Below are positions 1 through 8,395 of a stretch of 32,612 bases of DNA, one piece after another (the first letter of the stretch is position 1; each line of letters starts with the position of its first letter). Below the pieces are notes generated by a model that saw only the letters and a list, made by a program, of their open reading frames with translations, ran no database searches and was not told where the DNA came from. Source of the DNA: an uncultured Planctomycetia bacterium (GTDB taxonomy: Bacteria; Omnitrophota; Gorgyraeia; 1-14-0-20-64-10); assembly GCA_964373295.1 (NCBI GenBank), contig CAYJUA010000001.1, positions 85,600 to 118,211 on the forward strand, written 5' to 3'. Both the position numbers and the translations under genes were made by a program.

Positions 1-1
1 C

Positions 2-343
2 CATTACGACGCGGAGGGGCTCAACTTCCGGATGAGCGAGTTCACGGCGGCGCTGGGATGCGTGCAGACCGAGCGGATGCCGGAGATCGTCGAGTGGAAA
101 CAGGGGTACGCCCGCGATGTCCTGGACGGGTTGCACCCCGCGCGCCTGCGCCTTCCCGCGGGGATGCGCTCGGGCTACTACAAGTACATCACCTTTGAGC
201 CGGGGGAGCGCTCCACGGGGAAGGTCTACGAGCAGCCCTGCCACCGGCTGATGGGGCGCCGCGTGGACCTGCCCAACACCGACTGGGTCTGTCAGCACCA
301 CTGGTGCGCACCGCTCTATTACCCGGCGCCCCCATGCGGCTGA
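2..343 (+). CDS. DegT/DnrJ/EryC1/StrS-family PLP sugar aminotransferase, C-terminal fragment (5' end outside window)
   Basis: The frame is open from the window edge (HYDAEGLNFRMSEFTAALGCVQTERM...). The GxNxRMSExxAAxG block plus a short C-terminal domain is the conserved tail of DegT-type aminotransferases. Stop TGA at 341-343. Confidence 0.7.
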   Translation, partial: HYDAEGLNFRMSEFTAALGCVQTERMPEIVEWKQGYARDVLDGLHPARLRLPAGMRSGYYKYITFEPGERSTGKVYEQPCHRLMGRRVDLPNTDWVCQHHWCAPLYYPAPPCG

Positions 344-1521
344 GCGAGCGGATCCGCGGCCCTCTCCGAAAGCTCCGTGCGGACAACGTGGTCCTCATGG
401 GCGCCCGTGCCCTGTTGGCCGCCCTGCTGATGGTGGGCACGGTCCGGATCCTGCGTCCCTGGATCTCCCCCGCGCTGAATTGGCTGGAACTCACCGAGAT
501 GCTCATCGCGCTTGCCATCGCGACGGAGCTCACCTTTCGCTTCCTTCTGCGCACCCGCTGGCGCCAGATTGCCCAGGACCCGGCAGGAGACTTCCGGATG
601 GACCCTCACCCCTTCGCCCACTTCATCCCCTCCAGCCGCTACCCGGACGTCCACCCCCACGGGTTCCGGATTCCCATGAGGGGCCAGCCGCTGCGCAAGG
701 AGACCCCATCCCTCTATCTGGCCGGCGACTGCACCCTGTTCGAGGAACACCTCCCCCAGGAGGAGACCTTCGCATACCATCTGGCCCGGCGGTTCCCGGA
801 TCTGCAGATTCTCAACGCGGGCACCGACCACTACACGGCGCTCCATTCGTACAACCGGTTCGTGCTGGACATCCTGCAGGGCTACCGCCCCAAGGCCGTG
901 CTGTTCGGATCGGCGACGAACGACTGCCTCTCCTTCATCCACCACAAGGAGGGAATGGTGAGGCCGGACCACTCCCACATGTACCGCCCTTGGCTCTCCC
1001 TGGAGCAGATCCACGGCCGTCTGCGCCATGTCCCCACCTCGACCCTCCGGTACCTATTCCTCCAATTCCTCCTGGGGCGGGAACGCACGGCGTGGGACGT
1101 GATGGCCGAGGACATCAGCCCGACGTTTCAGGACCCTCGGAGCGCCGCCACGGCTCGCCAACTGTTCGATCCGAAGGGGTTCCGGACCTGCCTGTCCCTC
1201 TTCCAGGGGACCTGCGAAACGATCGGATCGAGGATGGTGCTCACCACGTACGCCTACCAGCCGTGGGACATGCTGGAGGAGCCCCGCAGGACCTACGCCT
1301 GGGGGATCGACCGCTTGAACCACGAGATCCGGCTCTTCGCCCGCACCGAGGAGGTGCCCCTCATCGACCTAGCCGATGAGATGGTGGTGGAGGGGGGAGA
1401 CATCCTGAACAAGTGGCATTACACCCTGTCGGGCAACCGGAAGCGGGCCGAGATCGTCTCGCGCCGCCTCCGACAGATTCTCCCGCTCCATCCGGAGACC
1501 GCTCATGCCTCCCACCCCTGA
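334..1521 (+). CDS. Membrane-anchored SGNH/GDSL-like hydrolase/acyl-esterase with variant catalytic residues
   Basis: From ORF 304..1521; I place the start at ATG 334, but GTG 304 is possible. Two hydrophobic N-terminal segments (VVLMGARALLAALLMVGTV, LTEMLIALAIATELTFRFLL). SGNH-like blocks follow: LYLAGDCTLFE (block I, with Cys where Ser is expected), ILNAGTDHY (II), VLFGSATND (III, GxND) and NKWHYTLSGNRKRAE (V-like). Confidence 0.6.
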   Translation: MRLSERIRGPLRKLRADNVVLMGARALLAALLMVGTVRILRPWISPALNWLELTEMLIALAIATELTFRFLLRTRWRQIAQDPAGDFRMDPHPFAHFIPSSRYPDVHPHGFRIPMRGQPLRKETPSLYLAGDCTLFEEHLPQEETFAYHLARRFPDLQILNAGTDHYTALHSYNRFVLDILQGYRPKAVLFGSATNDCLSFIHHKEGMVRPDHSHMYRPWLSLEQIHGRLRHVPTSTLRYLFLQFLLGRERTAWDVMAEDISPTFQDPRSAATARQLFDPKGFRTCLSLFQGTCETIGSRMVLTTYAYQPWDMLEEPRRTYAWGIDRLNHEIRLFARTEEVPLIDLADEMVVEGGDILNKWHYTLSGNRKRAEIVSRRLRQILPLHPETAHASHP

Positions 1522-3445
1522 GCAGAAGCGGATCGCCAACGCCTACTACACCTACGGGATCCTCTATCTCTCTGAAAGTTTCAAGCGGTGGGAGAACGCT
1601 CAGGGGGAGCCGTATCGGCAGTACCGCCGCGCCTGGGCGCATCGGGCGGAGCGCCTGGACCATGGGGAGTTCCCCCTGAACCTCAATGTCGAGGTGACGA
1701 CCCGCTGCAATCTGGCCTGCACCTTCTGCGCCCACTCGAGCCTCGCGGAGGAACAGAGGTTCGACATGCCCTGGGAGATGTACGCCCGGCTCATCGAGGA
1801 GGGCCAGCGGCATCGGACCCCCGCAGCCAACTTGAACGGCCTGGGGGAACCGATGCTGGTGCCGGACCTGCCGCGATGGATCCGCCTGGCCAAGGAGCAC
1901 GGCTTCCTGGACGTCATGTTCCACACCAACGGCACCCTGATGACACAGCGGCAGGCGCAGCATCTCATCGAATCAGGCCTTGACCGGATCATCTTCTCCG
2001 TGGACTCGCCCGACAAGGCCACCTACGAGGCGATGCGGCTGCGCGGCCGGTGGGAGCAGGTGGTGGCCAACGTGCGGCGCTTCCGCGAGACCCGCGAACG
2101 CCTGGGCTGGCAGACCCCCCTGATCCGGACCACCATGGTGGTGACCGACCGCACCTTCCACCAGGTCCCGGACTTCGTCGACCTTTGGAAGCCGGTGGCG
2201 GACCAGATCACCCTGCAGGACCTCACCTGGCGGACCAAGACCTTGGAGCGGGGATCCTGGGTGAACCAGGAGAAGAGCGCGATCCCCTCCGACCTGGACA
2301 CGATCCGGCAGGAGGCGAAGCGCCGGAAACTCTCCTTCGTCTGCCCCTACCTCTACCAATCGGCCTACGCCTACGGCAACGGCGACGTCATCCCCTGCAG
2401 CAATCCCAATGCCCGGAAGTTCATGGTGATGGGCCGCCACGACCGGGAGGGGATGGCCGGGGTCTGGCAGGGCAAGCCGTACCGGGAGCTGCGCCGGCTT
2501 CACGCCGAGGGCCGATGGGACGAGCACCCGGTCTGCCGGGAGTGCGAGATCCCCCTGATCGAGCTGTACAAAGCGATGCGGCAGCAGGACGCCTCGGATT
2601 CGGACTCGGCCGCCCCCCCGGTCGCTTCCTCCCTGGCGCCCAAGGACGGCTCGGGGGAGGACCTCGTCCTGCAGTGCCAGAAGGAGCAAGGGGCGTCCTC
2701 CTCGCAGACGGGAGGCTCCGGCTCCCGGATGAAACCGCGCCTCTCGATCGTGATCGCCACACACAACCAGGAGGGCACCCTGGAGAGGGCCCTGCAGAGC
2801 GCCCTCCAACAGGACGCAGGGCCAGGGCATCATGAGGTGATCGCCGTGGATGACGGCTCCACCGATCGGACGCCGGAGATCCTGCGCGCGTACGCCGGGC
2901 GAATCCAGGCGGTCCGCCAAGAGAACCAGGGCCTCGCCGCGGCCTGCAATGCCGGGCTGGCGCAGGCGCGTGGAGAGTACTTCGCCCGGCTCGATTCCGA
3001 CGATTGGGCTGCGCCCTCCTGGCTGCGGAAGCTGGCAGACCTGCTCGAGCAGCACCCGGAGGCCTGCGGCGCCTACCCGGACTACACGGAGCTCTGTGAG
3101 CAGGACCGCCGGGTCTTGCAGCCCGCGCACGAGGACAATCTTTACTCGCTTCTGGCCTGCGGCACCCTTTTCCGCACGCAGGCCCTCCGCGCCGTGGGCG
3201 GGTACCGGGCCCTCTTCTGGGAGGAGTACGACCTGTACCTGCGCCTGCGGGAGCGCGGACCGCTGCTCCATCTGCCCGAGCCTCTGTATTTCGTCCGGAA
3301 ACACCCCGACAGCATGACGGCCAGCGCCGCCCGCCGCCGGCAGGGATGGAAAGAGCTCCTCGGGCTCTGGAGCCCCGAGCAGCTCCGCTCCGCCGGATGG
3401 GATCCGGAGATGGAGGAGGCGGTCGCCGAGGCCCCCGCCGCATGA
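1505..3445 (+). CDS. Fusion protein: radical SAM/SPASM-domain enzyme (N-terminal) + family 2 glycosyltransferase (C-terminal)
   Basis: ATG 1505 overlaps the upstream stop. CNLACTFC is the CxxxCxxC radical SAM motif. Auxiliary Cys motifs CPYLYQSAYAYGNGDVIPC and CRECE are SPASM-like. A Ser/Asp/Gly-rich linker follows. From the in-frame Met at 2729: LSIVIATHNQ, VIAVDDGSTD and ARLDSDD form a GT2 (GT-A, DxD) signature. There is no stop between the halves. Confidence 0.85.
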   Translation: MPPTPEQKRIANAYYTYGILYLSESFKRWENAQGEPYRQYRRAWAHRAERLDHGEFPLNLNVEVTTRCNLACTFCAHSSLAEEQRFDMPWEMYARLIEEGQRHRTPAANLNGLGEPMLVPDLPRWIRLAKEHGFLDVMFHTNGTLMTQRQAQHLIESGLDRIIFSVDSPDKATYEAMRLRGRWEQVVANVRRFRETRERLGWQTPLIRTTMVVTDRTFHQVPDFVDLWKPVADQITLQDLTWRTKTLERGSWVNQEKSAIPSDLDTIRQEAKRRKLSFVCPYLYQSAYAYGNGDVIPCSNPNARKFMVMGRHDREGMAGVWQGKPYRELRRLHAEGRWDEHPVCRECEIPLIELYKAMRQQDASDSDSAAPPVASSLAPKDGSGEDLVLQCQKEQGASSSQTGGSGSRMKPRLSIVIATHNQEGTLERALQSALQQDAGPGHHEVIAVDDGSTDRTPEILRAYAGRIQAVRQENQGLAAACNAGLAQARGEYFARLDSDDWAAPSWLRKLADLLEQHPEACGAYPDYTELCEQDRRVLQPAHEDNLYSLLACGTLFRTQALRAVGGYRALFWEEYDLYLRLRERGPLLHLPEPLYFVRKHPDSMTASAARRRQGWKELLGLWSPEQLRSAGWDPEMEEAVAEAPAA

Positions 3446-4332
3446 CGCACCCCGCGCGCGCCCCGCGGACCGCGGTGATCGCCGAGATCGGCGAGAACCA
3501 TCTCGGCCGCCTGGATCTGGCCCTCCGGATGCTGGAAGAGGCCGCGAGGGCAGGGGCCGACATCGTCAAGTTCCAATCGTACCGCGGCGGCGACGTGGAT
3601 CCCGGCGATCCGGAGCGGGAGTGGTTCAGCCAGGTGGAGCTGACCGATGACATGCACCGGCAGCTCAAGCGCCGCGCCGAAGAGCTTGGGATCCAGTTCC
3701 TCAGCTCCCCCTTCACCGTGGAGCGGGCGCGGTTCCTCTGCGAGGATATGAGCCTCCGGAGCGTCAAGATCGCCTCCTCCGAGATACTGAACCTTCCCCT
3801 CTTGGATTACGTCAACCCGAGGGTGGAGACGGTCTATCTCTCCACGGGCATGTCCACCCTCGAGGAGGTCTCTCTGGCCCTGGGCCATCTGGACCACCCG
3901 CGGGTGGTCATCCTCCACTGCGTCACGCAGTATCCGGCCCGGGATGAAGACGCGAACCTCCTTGCCATCCCCACGCTCCAGGAAGCCTTCCCGGAACGGG
4001 CGGTGGGATACTCCGATCACACGACGGGGATCGAGGCCGCCGTCGCGGCGGCGGCGCTGGGAGCGGCGGTCGTCGAGAAGCATTTCACCCTGAGCAAAAA
4101 CCTTCCCGGCACCGACCATGTCCTTTCCGCCACCCCGGAGGAGCTGGCCGAGATGATCCGAAGGATCCGGCGGGTGGAGGGGCTGCTGGGAAGCGGCTCC
4201 AAGGAGCCGGCGGCCGCCGAGCGGGAGATCCGCGACGCCGTGCGCAGCCGCTGGCGAAAGCAAGAGGCGTCCCCTTCGCGAGCTGTATCGGCCCCCTCAG
4301 CCGGTACCGGGCACTGCGGTACGCATAAATGA
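3442..4332 (+). CDS. NeuB-family (N-acylneuraminate/nonulosonate synthase-like) protein lacking the C-terminal SAF domain
   Basis: ATG 3442 forms an ATGA overlap with the upstream stop. NeuB TIM-barrel motifs: AVIAEIGENHLG, ADIVKFQSY, VKIASSE, VYLSTGMST, ILHCVTQYPA, GYSDHTTG, VEKHFTL. The ORF ends about 30 aa after the barrel, and its last ~15 codons are repeat copy R1-a. Confidence 0.8.
   Translation: MTHPARAPRTAVIAEIGENHLGRLDLALRMLEEAARAGADIVKFQSYRGGDVDPGDPEREWFSQVELTDDMHRQLKRRAEELGIQFLSSPFTVERARFLCEDMSLRSVKIASSEILNLPLLDYVNPRVETVYLSTGMSTLEEVSLALGHLDHPRVVILHCVTQYPARDEDANLLAIPTLQEAFPERAVGYSDHTTGIEAAVAAAALGAAVVEKHFTLSKNLPGTDHVLSATPEELAEMIRRIRRVEGLLGSGSKEPAAAEREIRDAVRSRWRKQEASPSRAVSAPSAGTGHCGTHK
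4283..4328 (+). repeat. GGTACC-rich palindromic repeat, family 1, copy a
   Basis: CTGTATCGGCCCCCTCAGCCGGTACCGGGCACTGCGGTACGCATAA. By hand alignment, about 40 of 47 columns match copy b at 23591-23637. It lies at the NeuB-like / MBL gene junction. Confidence 0.85.
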
Positions 4333-5678
4333 AAATCCGCTACATCTCCAGCGCCTGCGTGGTGGTGGAGCACCAGGGCACACGGGTGCTCTGCGACCCG
4401 TGGCTCAGCGACGGGATCTACTACGGGAGCTGGTGCCATTATCCGCCGCTCGTATTTCGGCCCGAGGATTTCTCAGACGTGGACTGGATCTACCTCTCGC
4501 ACATCCATCCCGACCATTTCGATCCGGAAACCCTGCGCCGCCTGCCGCGCTCGATCCCGGTGCTCATCCTGGAGTACGCCGACAAGTTTCTCCTCCGGCA
4601 GATCCAGCAGCTCGGTTTCCAGGATGTCCGGGAGATCCCCAACGGGGAGCAGATCCGCCTCGCGGAGGATTTCGCGCTGGAGCTGTATGCCGCGGACAAC
4701 TGCAACCCCGACGTCTGCGGGCGGTTCTTCGCCTGCTCGCTCCCCCCCGTCTATTCGCGCACCATCCAGCTCGACTCGCTGGCGGTCTTCCGGGGCGGAG
4801 GCAAGACGGTGGTCAACGCCAACGACTGCCCCTACGGCCTGGCCTGGGCGGTGTGCGACCGCCTGCTGAAGCGCCACCCGAAGGTGGACTTCCTCCTGCT
4901 GGGATACAGCGGGGCCGGCGAGTACCCCCAATGCTTTGAGGAACAGATGGACCGCCCCCTCCTGCTGAAGAGGGCGCAGGCCAAGCGGGGGCAGTTCCTG
5001 GACCAGGCGGCCCGGTATCTCGCCCACCTGCGCCCCGCCCACTTCATGCCGTTCGCGGGCCAGTACGTGCTGGCCGGGCCGCTGGCGCGGCTCAACCCCC
5101 TGCGAGGGATCCCTGAGATGGAGGAGCTTCCCGCCGAGTTCGGGCGCCGCCTCCAGGCAGGGAATCTCTCCACCCGGATGGTCCTCCTCAACGCGGGGGA
5201 ATCGTTCGACGTGGAGACCGGGGGCGCCAGCGCCCCCTTCGTCCCGCCGGACCCGGCGCAGAGGGACCGCTACATCCGCGAGATCCTCTCCCCGCGAATC
5301 TATCCGTACCAGAAGGAGTTCCGCGTGGACCCGCGGGACCAAACCGACCTGACTCCCCGCCTGGCCCAAGCCCATGAGCGGATGTGGAGATACCAGCAGA
5401 CCCACGGCTACCGGTCGGACTGGCGGGTCTACCTGGACACCGGCCAGCAGGATCTCTACCGGATCCCCATGAACGGAGGACCGGCGGCCCGGGCGGCGCG
5501 GGGATCGGAGGCGCAGCCGTTCGTCCGGATCCGCTTGGACTATTCGCTCCTCTGCATGATCCTGGAGAGGAAGGCCCATTGGAACAACGCCGCGATCGGA
5601 TCCCACTTAAGCTTCTTCCGCGACCCGGAACAGTTTGAACGAGGGGTTTACCATTGGCTCTCCTACCTGCACTGTTAG
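4329..5678 (+). CDS. Metallo-beta-lactamase-fold protein (hydrolase/oxidoreductase superfamily), function unknown
   Basis: ATG 4329 forms an ATGA overlap. MKIRYISSACVVVEHQGTRVLCDPW and SHIHPDHFD (HxHxDH metal motif) are present. At 449 aa it is longer than a minimal MBL domain. Confidence 0.8.
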   Translation: MKIRYISSACVVVEHQGTRVLCDPWLSDGIYYGSWCHYPPLVFRPEDFSDVDWIYLSHIHPDHFDPETLRRLPRSIPVLILEYADKFLLRQIQQLGFQDVREIPNGEQIRLAEDFALELYAADNCNPDVCGRFFACSLPPVYSRTIQLDSLAVFRGGGKTVVNANDCPYGLAWAVCDRLLKRHPKVDFLLLGYSGAGEYPQCFEEQMDRPLLLKRAQAKRGQFLDQAARYLAHLRPAHFMPFAGQYVLAGPLARLNPLRGIPEMEELPAEFGRRLQAGNLSTRMVLLNAGESFDVETGGASAPFVPPDPAQRDRYIREILSPRIYPYQKEFRVDPRDQTDLTPRLAQAHERMWRYQQTHGYRSDWRVYLDTGQQDLYRIPMNGGPAARAARGSEAQPFVRIRLDYSLLCMILERKAHWNNAAIGSHLSFFRDPEQFERGVYHWLSYLHC

Positions 5679-6634
5679 AGCCGAAGCCCCAGAGGACCGT
5701 CGGGCGCGGGGGGCCTCCAGGGCCGGACTTCCTGGAGGAACACCTTCAGGTCCAGTGGCTGCGGCCGGAATCGGCCCTGTGGGATGCGATCGCCTCCCGG
5801 GTCATCGCCTCGCAGGGGAGCTTCGATTCGCCCTCGCTGGACATGGGCTCCGGGAACGGGATCTTCAGCTTCATCACGGCGGGCGGCTCTTTCTCCCCGG
5901 AATACGATTGGTACCGCAACGCGGACCCCGGCGGCTCCCGACAGCCGCGCGACCTCTACGACTGCTTCTTTGCTGGTCCGGGCCCCGGGTCGATCACGCG
6001 CAGACCCCGGTACCGGATCGACTGCGCCCTGGACGCCAAGGCGAACCTGCTGCGCCAGGCCGAAGGACTGGAGTTCTACCGGCGCCGGATCGCCGCCGAC
6101 GCCAACCGCCCGCTGCCCTTCCCGGATGGCTCGTTCCAGACGGTTTTTTCCAACATGCTCTGCTGGCTGGCTTCCGCCGAAGCCGCGCTGAGGGAAATCC
6201 ACCGCGTGCTGCGGGGCGGGGGGCGGGCTTGGGCTTGCCTCCCGACGCCGAGGTTCAAGAAGTACTGCGCCAGCTTCCGGTGGCGGGAGGAGAACTCCGA
6301 GCTCCTGCGCCTGTTGAACCGGGGCCGAAGCGACGCAATCCGCTGGACGATCTCCCGCCGGGAGCTGGAGGCCCTCGCCCGGACCCTCCGGTTCCGGGTG
6401 GTCTGCCACTCCACCTACCTCTCTCCCTTGACCCTGCGGATATGGGACGTGGGCTTCAGAGGCCTCTCCCCCGTGCTGCTCCGAATGGTTTCCAAGCTGG
6501 GGAGGGCCGATCGGCTCTCCATCAAGCAGGAGTGGGTGGAAACCTTCCGGCCGTTCCTCCGGGAGCTGTACGAGATGGACCAGGCCAGCCGCGCGCCGGG
6601 CGGCTACCAGTGGATCGGGCTGGAGAAACGATGA
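5654..6634 (+). CDS. Class I SAM-dependent methyltransferase
   Basis: LDMGSGNG (motif I), PFPDGSFQTVFSN and HRVLRGGGRAW. The first in-frame start is TTG 5654, which overlaps the upstream gene by 25 nt, so the start is uncertain. Confidence 0.7.
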   Translation: MALLPALLEPKPQRTVGRGGPPGPDFLEEHLQVQWLRPESALWDAIASRVIASQGSFDSPSLDMGSGNGIFSFITAGGSFSPEYDWYRNADPGGSRQPRDLYDCFFAGPGPGSITRRPRYRIDCALDAKANLLRQAEGLEFYRRRIAADANRPLPFPDGSFQTVFSNMLCWLASAEAALREIHRVLRGGGRAWACLPTPRFKKYCASFRWREENSELLRLLNRGRSDAIRWTISRRELEALARTLRFRVVCHSTYLSPLTLRIWDVGFRGLSPVLLRMVSKLGRADRLSIKQEWVETFRPFLRELYEMDQASRAPGGYQWIGLEKR

Positions 6635-8382
6635 AGGTCGTCCTCTGCACCACCCCGATCCGCCCTGTGCCGACGGAATACCCCCCCTTCGGCTCCATCG
6701 CCCTGATGCAGGCGATGCGGGAGGCCGGGTTCGACCCGATCTTCTTCGACATCGACGCTCTCCGGCCCACCTTTGAGGAGGTGATCCAGCGGTTCCGGAA
6801 GGAGTCGCCGGACGTGATCGGCGTCAGCGCCGTCGTCTCCACCGCCTACGCCTACGTGAAAACGCTCTGCACCCGGCTCAAAAGAGAGCTCCCCGGCGTG
6901 CGGATCGTGCTCGGCGGGAATCTCGCCGCCAGCGCCGAGCTCCTCCACCGCTTCTGCCAGGTGGACGTCTGCGTGGCCGGGGAGGGCGAGCGGGTGATGG
7001 CGAACCTGCTCCGGTACTGCCTCCGTCACGCCAACGAGGAGGACTACGCCGAGCTGCGCCAGGTCCCGGGGATCACCTTCCTTGACCCATCGGGGCAGAT
7101 GATCTTCACCGGCTACGAGCCCGCGATCCCGGCCGGCGAGCTGGCCGATCCCGACTGGAGCATCCTCGAGGAGTTCTCCAACATCCGAAACTTCATCCGG
7201 GATCCCTTCAGCCGGGAGGACTTCTCGCAGGATCCCCGCAGCCGGCAAGCCCACCGGTCGGGGAAGCGGCTGGGCACGGTGACCTCCACCAAGGGCTGCG
7301 TGGCCCGGTGCACCTTCTGCCACCGGTGGGACCGCGGGTTCCGCCAGGTCCCCCCTGAAAAAGTCCTGGGCCGGATCCGCTATCTTAAGGACCGGTACAA
7401 CGTCGGTTTCTTCCAGTTCGGGGACGAGAACTTCGGATCGGACCTCCGGGCCCTGGACCGGATGATCAATCTGATCCGCCCCCTGGACATCCTGTGGCAG
7501 GTCGCCGGGGTCCGGGCCCGCACGCTCAGCCCGGACCGCCTCAAGCGGATGCAGGCGGCCGGCTGCGTCGCGCTCTACTACGGCTTCGAGACCGGAAGCC
7601 CCGAGATCCTCAAGGTCATGGAGAAGAACACGGACCTTTCCCACAACCTCAACGCCGCCCGGTGGACCCATGAGGCGGGGCTCTACACCTGCTACCAGCT
7701 GGTCCTGGGGATGCCCGGCGAGACCCACCGAACGATCACGGACACGGTCACCATGCTCAAGCAGATCACCGAGTTCCTCCCCGCCCAGCCGTATTGGCAC
7801 CTGAGCACCAACTACATCCAGGCCCTTCCCGGGACCCCCGTGTATGAGTTCGCGAGGAACCGGGGGCTCATCGGCCCGCGCCTGGAGGATGAAGACGCCT
7901 ACCTCGTCTCCGTCTCCGACATCGACGCGGGGGACGAAAACAAGTTCGTCAACTACACCGAGTACCCTTACCTCACGGTTCAAAGCTGGCGGCCGCGGAT
8001 CCTTTACGAGATCACCGCGCACTGGTACCGGGTGAGGAAAGACCGCCCGCTGCCCCAGGAGGAACCCAAGGGGCACTTCAAGGAGTATCAGAAGGGAGGG
8101 TACTTCAACCGGCACAAGGTCCAGCGATCTCCCCGGATGATGCTGGCCCTGCATCCCTTCCGGAAGATCCTGATCGCCCTCTGGACGCTGGTCAGCGCCT
8201 ACCGGCGCAACCCGAAGAAGGTGTTCCTGGGTCATCTCTGGGAATGGGTTTCCTGGCGCTTCACTCGCAGGCCCGCCCCGTTCCGGGACTACCGATCCCT
8301 GCGGCAGATCATGGAGGAGGCGACGCCGGCCCCGGCCGCCGTCAGCGAGGAAAGCATGCTGCCCCTCCGGGTAGGACGTTAG
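6631..8382 (+). CDS. B12-binding-domain radical SAM protein (class B-like)
   Basis: ATG 6631 forms an ATGA overlap. N-terminal Rossmann-like region (MKVVLCTTP..., DVIGVSAVVSTAY, IVLGGN), then GCVARCTFC (CxxxCxxC). The part of the 915-aa track ORF upstream of this Met overlaps the methyltransferase in another frame and is not credible. Confidence 0.85.
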   Translation: MKVVLCTTPIRPVPTEYPPFGSIALMQAMREAGFDPIFFDIDALRPTFEEVIQRFRKESPDVIGVSAVVSTAYAYVKTLCTRLKRELPGVRIVLGGNLAASAELLHRFCQVDVCVAGEGERVMANLLRYCLRHANEEDYAELRQVPGITFLDPSGQMIFTGYEPAIPAGELADPDWSILEEFSNIRNFIRDPFSREDFSQDPRSRQAHRSGKRLGTVTSTKGCVARCTFCHRWDRGFRQVPPEKVLGRIRYLKDRYNVGFFQFGDENFGSDLRALDRMINLIRPLDILWQVAGVRARTLSPDRLKRMQAAGCVALYYGFETGSPEILKVMEKNTDLSHNLNAARWTHEAGLYTCYQLVLGMPGETHRTITDTVTMLKQITEFLPAQPYWHLSTNYIQALPGTPVYEFARNRGLIGPRLEDEDAYLVSVSDIDAGDENKFVNYTEYPYLTVQSWRPRILYEITAHWYRVRKDRPLPQEEPKGHFKEYQKGGYFNRHKVQRSPRMMLALHPFRKILIALWTLVSAYRRNPKKVFLGHLWEWVSWRFTRRPAPFRDYRSLRQIMEEATPAPAAVSEESMLPLRVGR

Positions 8383-8395
8383 AGAGAACCCATCC

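Noticed and set aside
5640-5678. GGTTTACCATTGGCTCTCCTACCTGCACTGTTAG at the 3' end of the MBL gene, as a possible eroded family 2 repeat.
   Set aside because: Only scattered short matches (TACCTGCA versus TTACTGCA), and I could not obtain a convincing collinear alignment by hand.
5635-6630. Long 5' extensions or off-frame + strand ORFs (5635..6630 of the 915-aa ORF, 13280..13915, 20397..20783, 28873..29772, 29811..30893, 30839..31660, 480..1379, 2050..2835 and others).
   Set aside because: They overlap motif-bearing genes in another frame and are Pro/Arg/Gly-rich. Recognisable domains begin only at the internal start that abuts the upstream stop.
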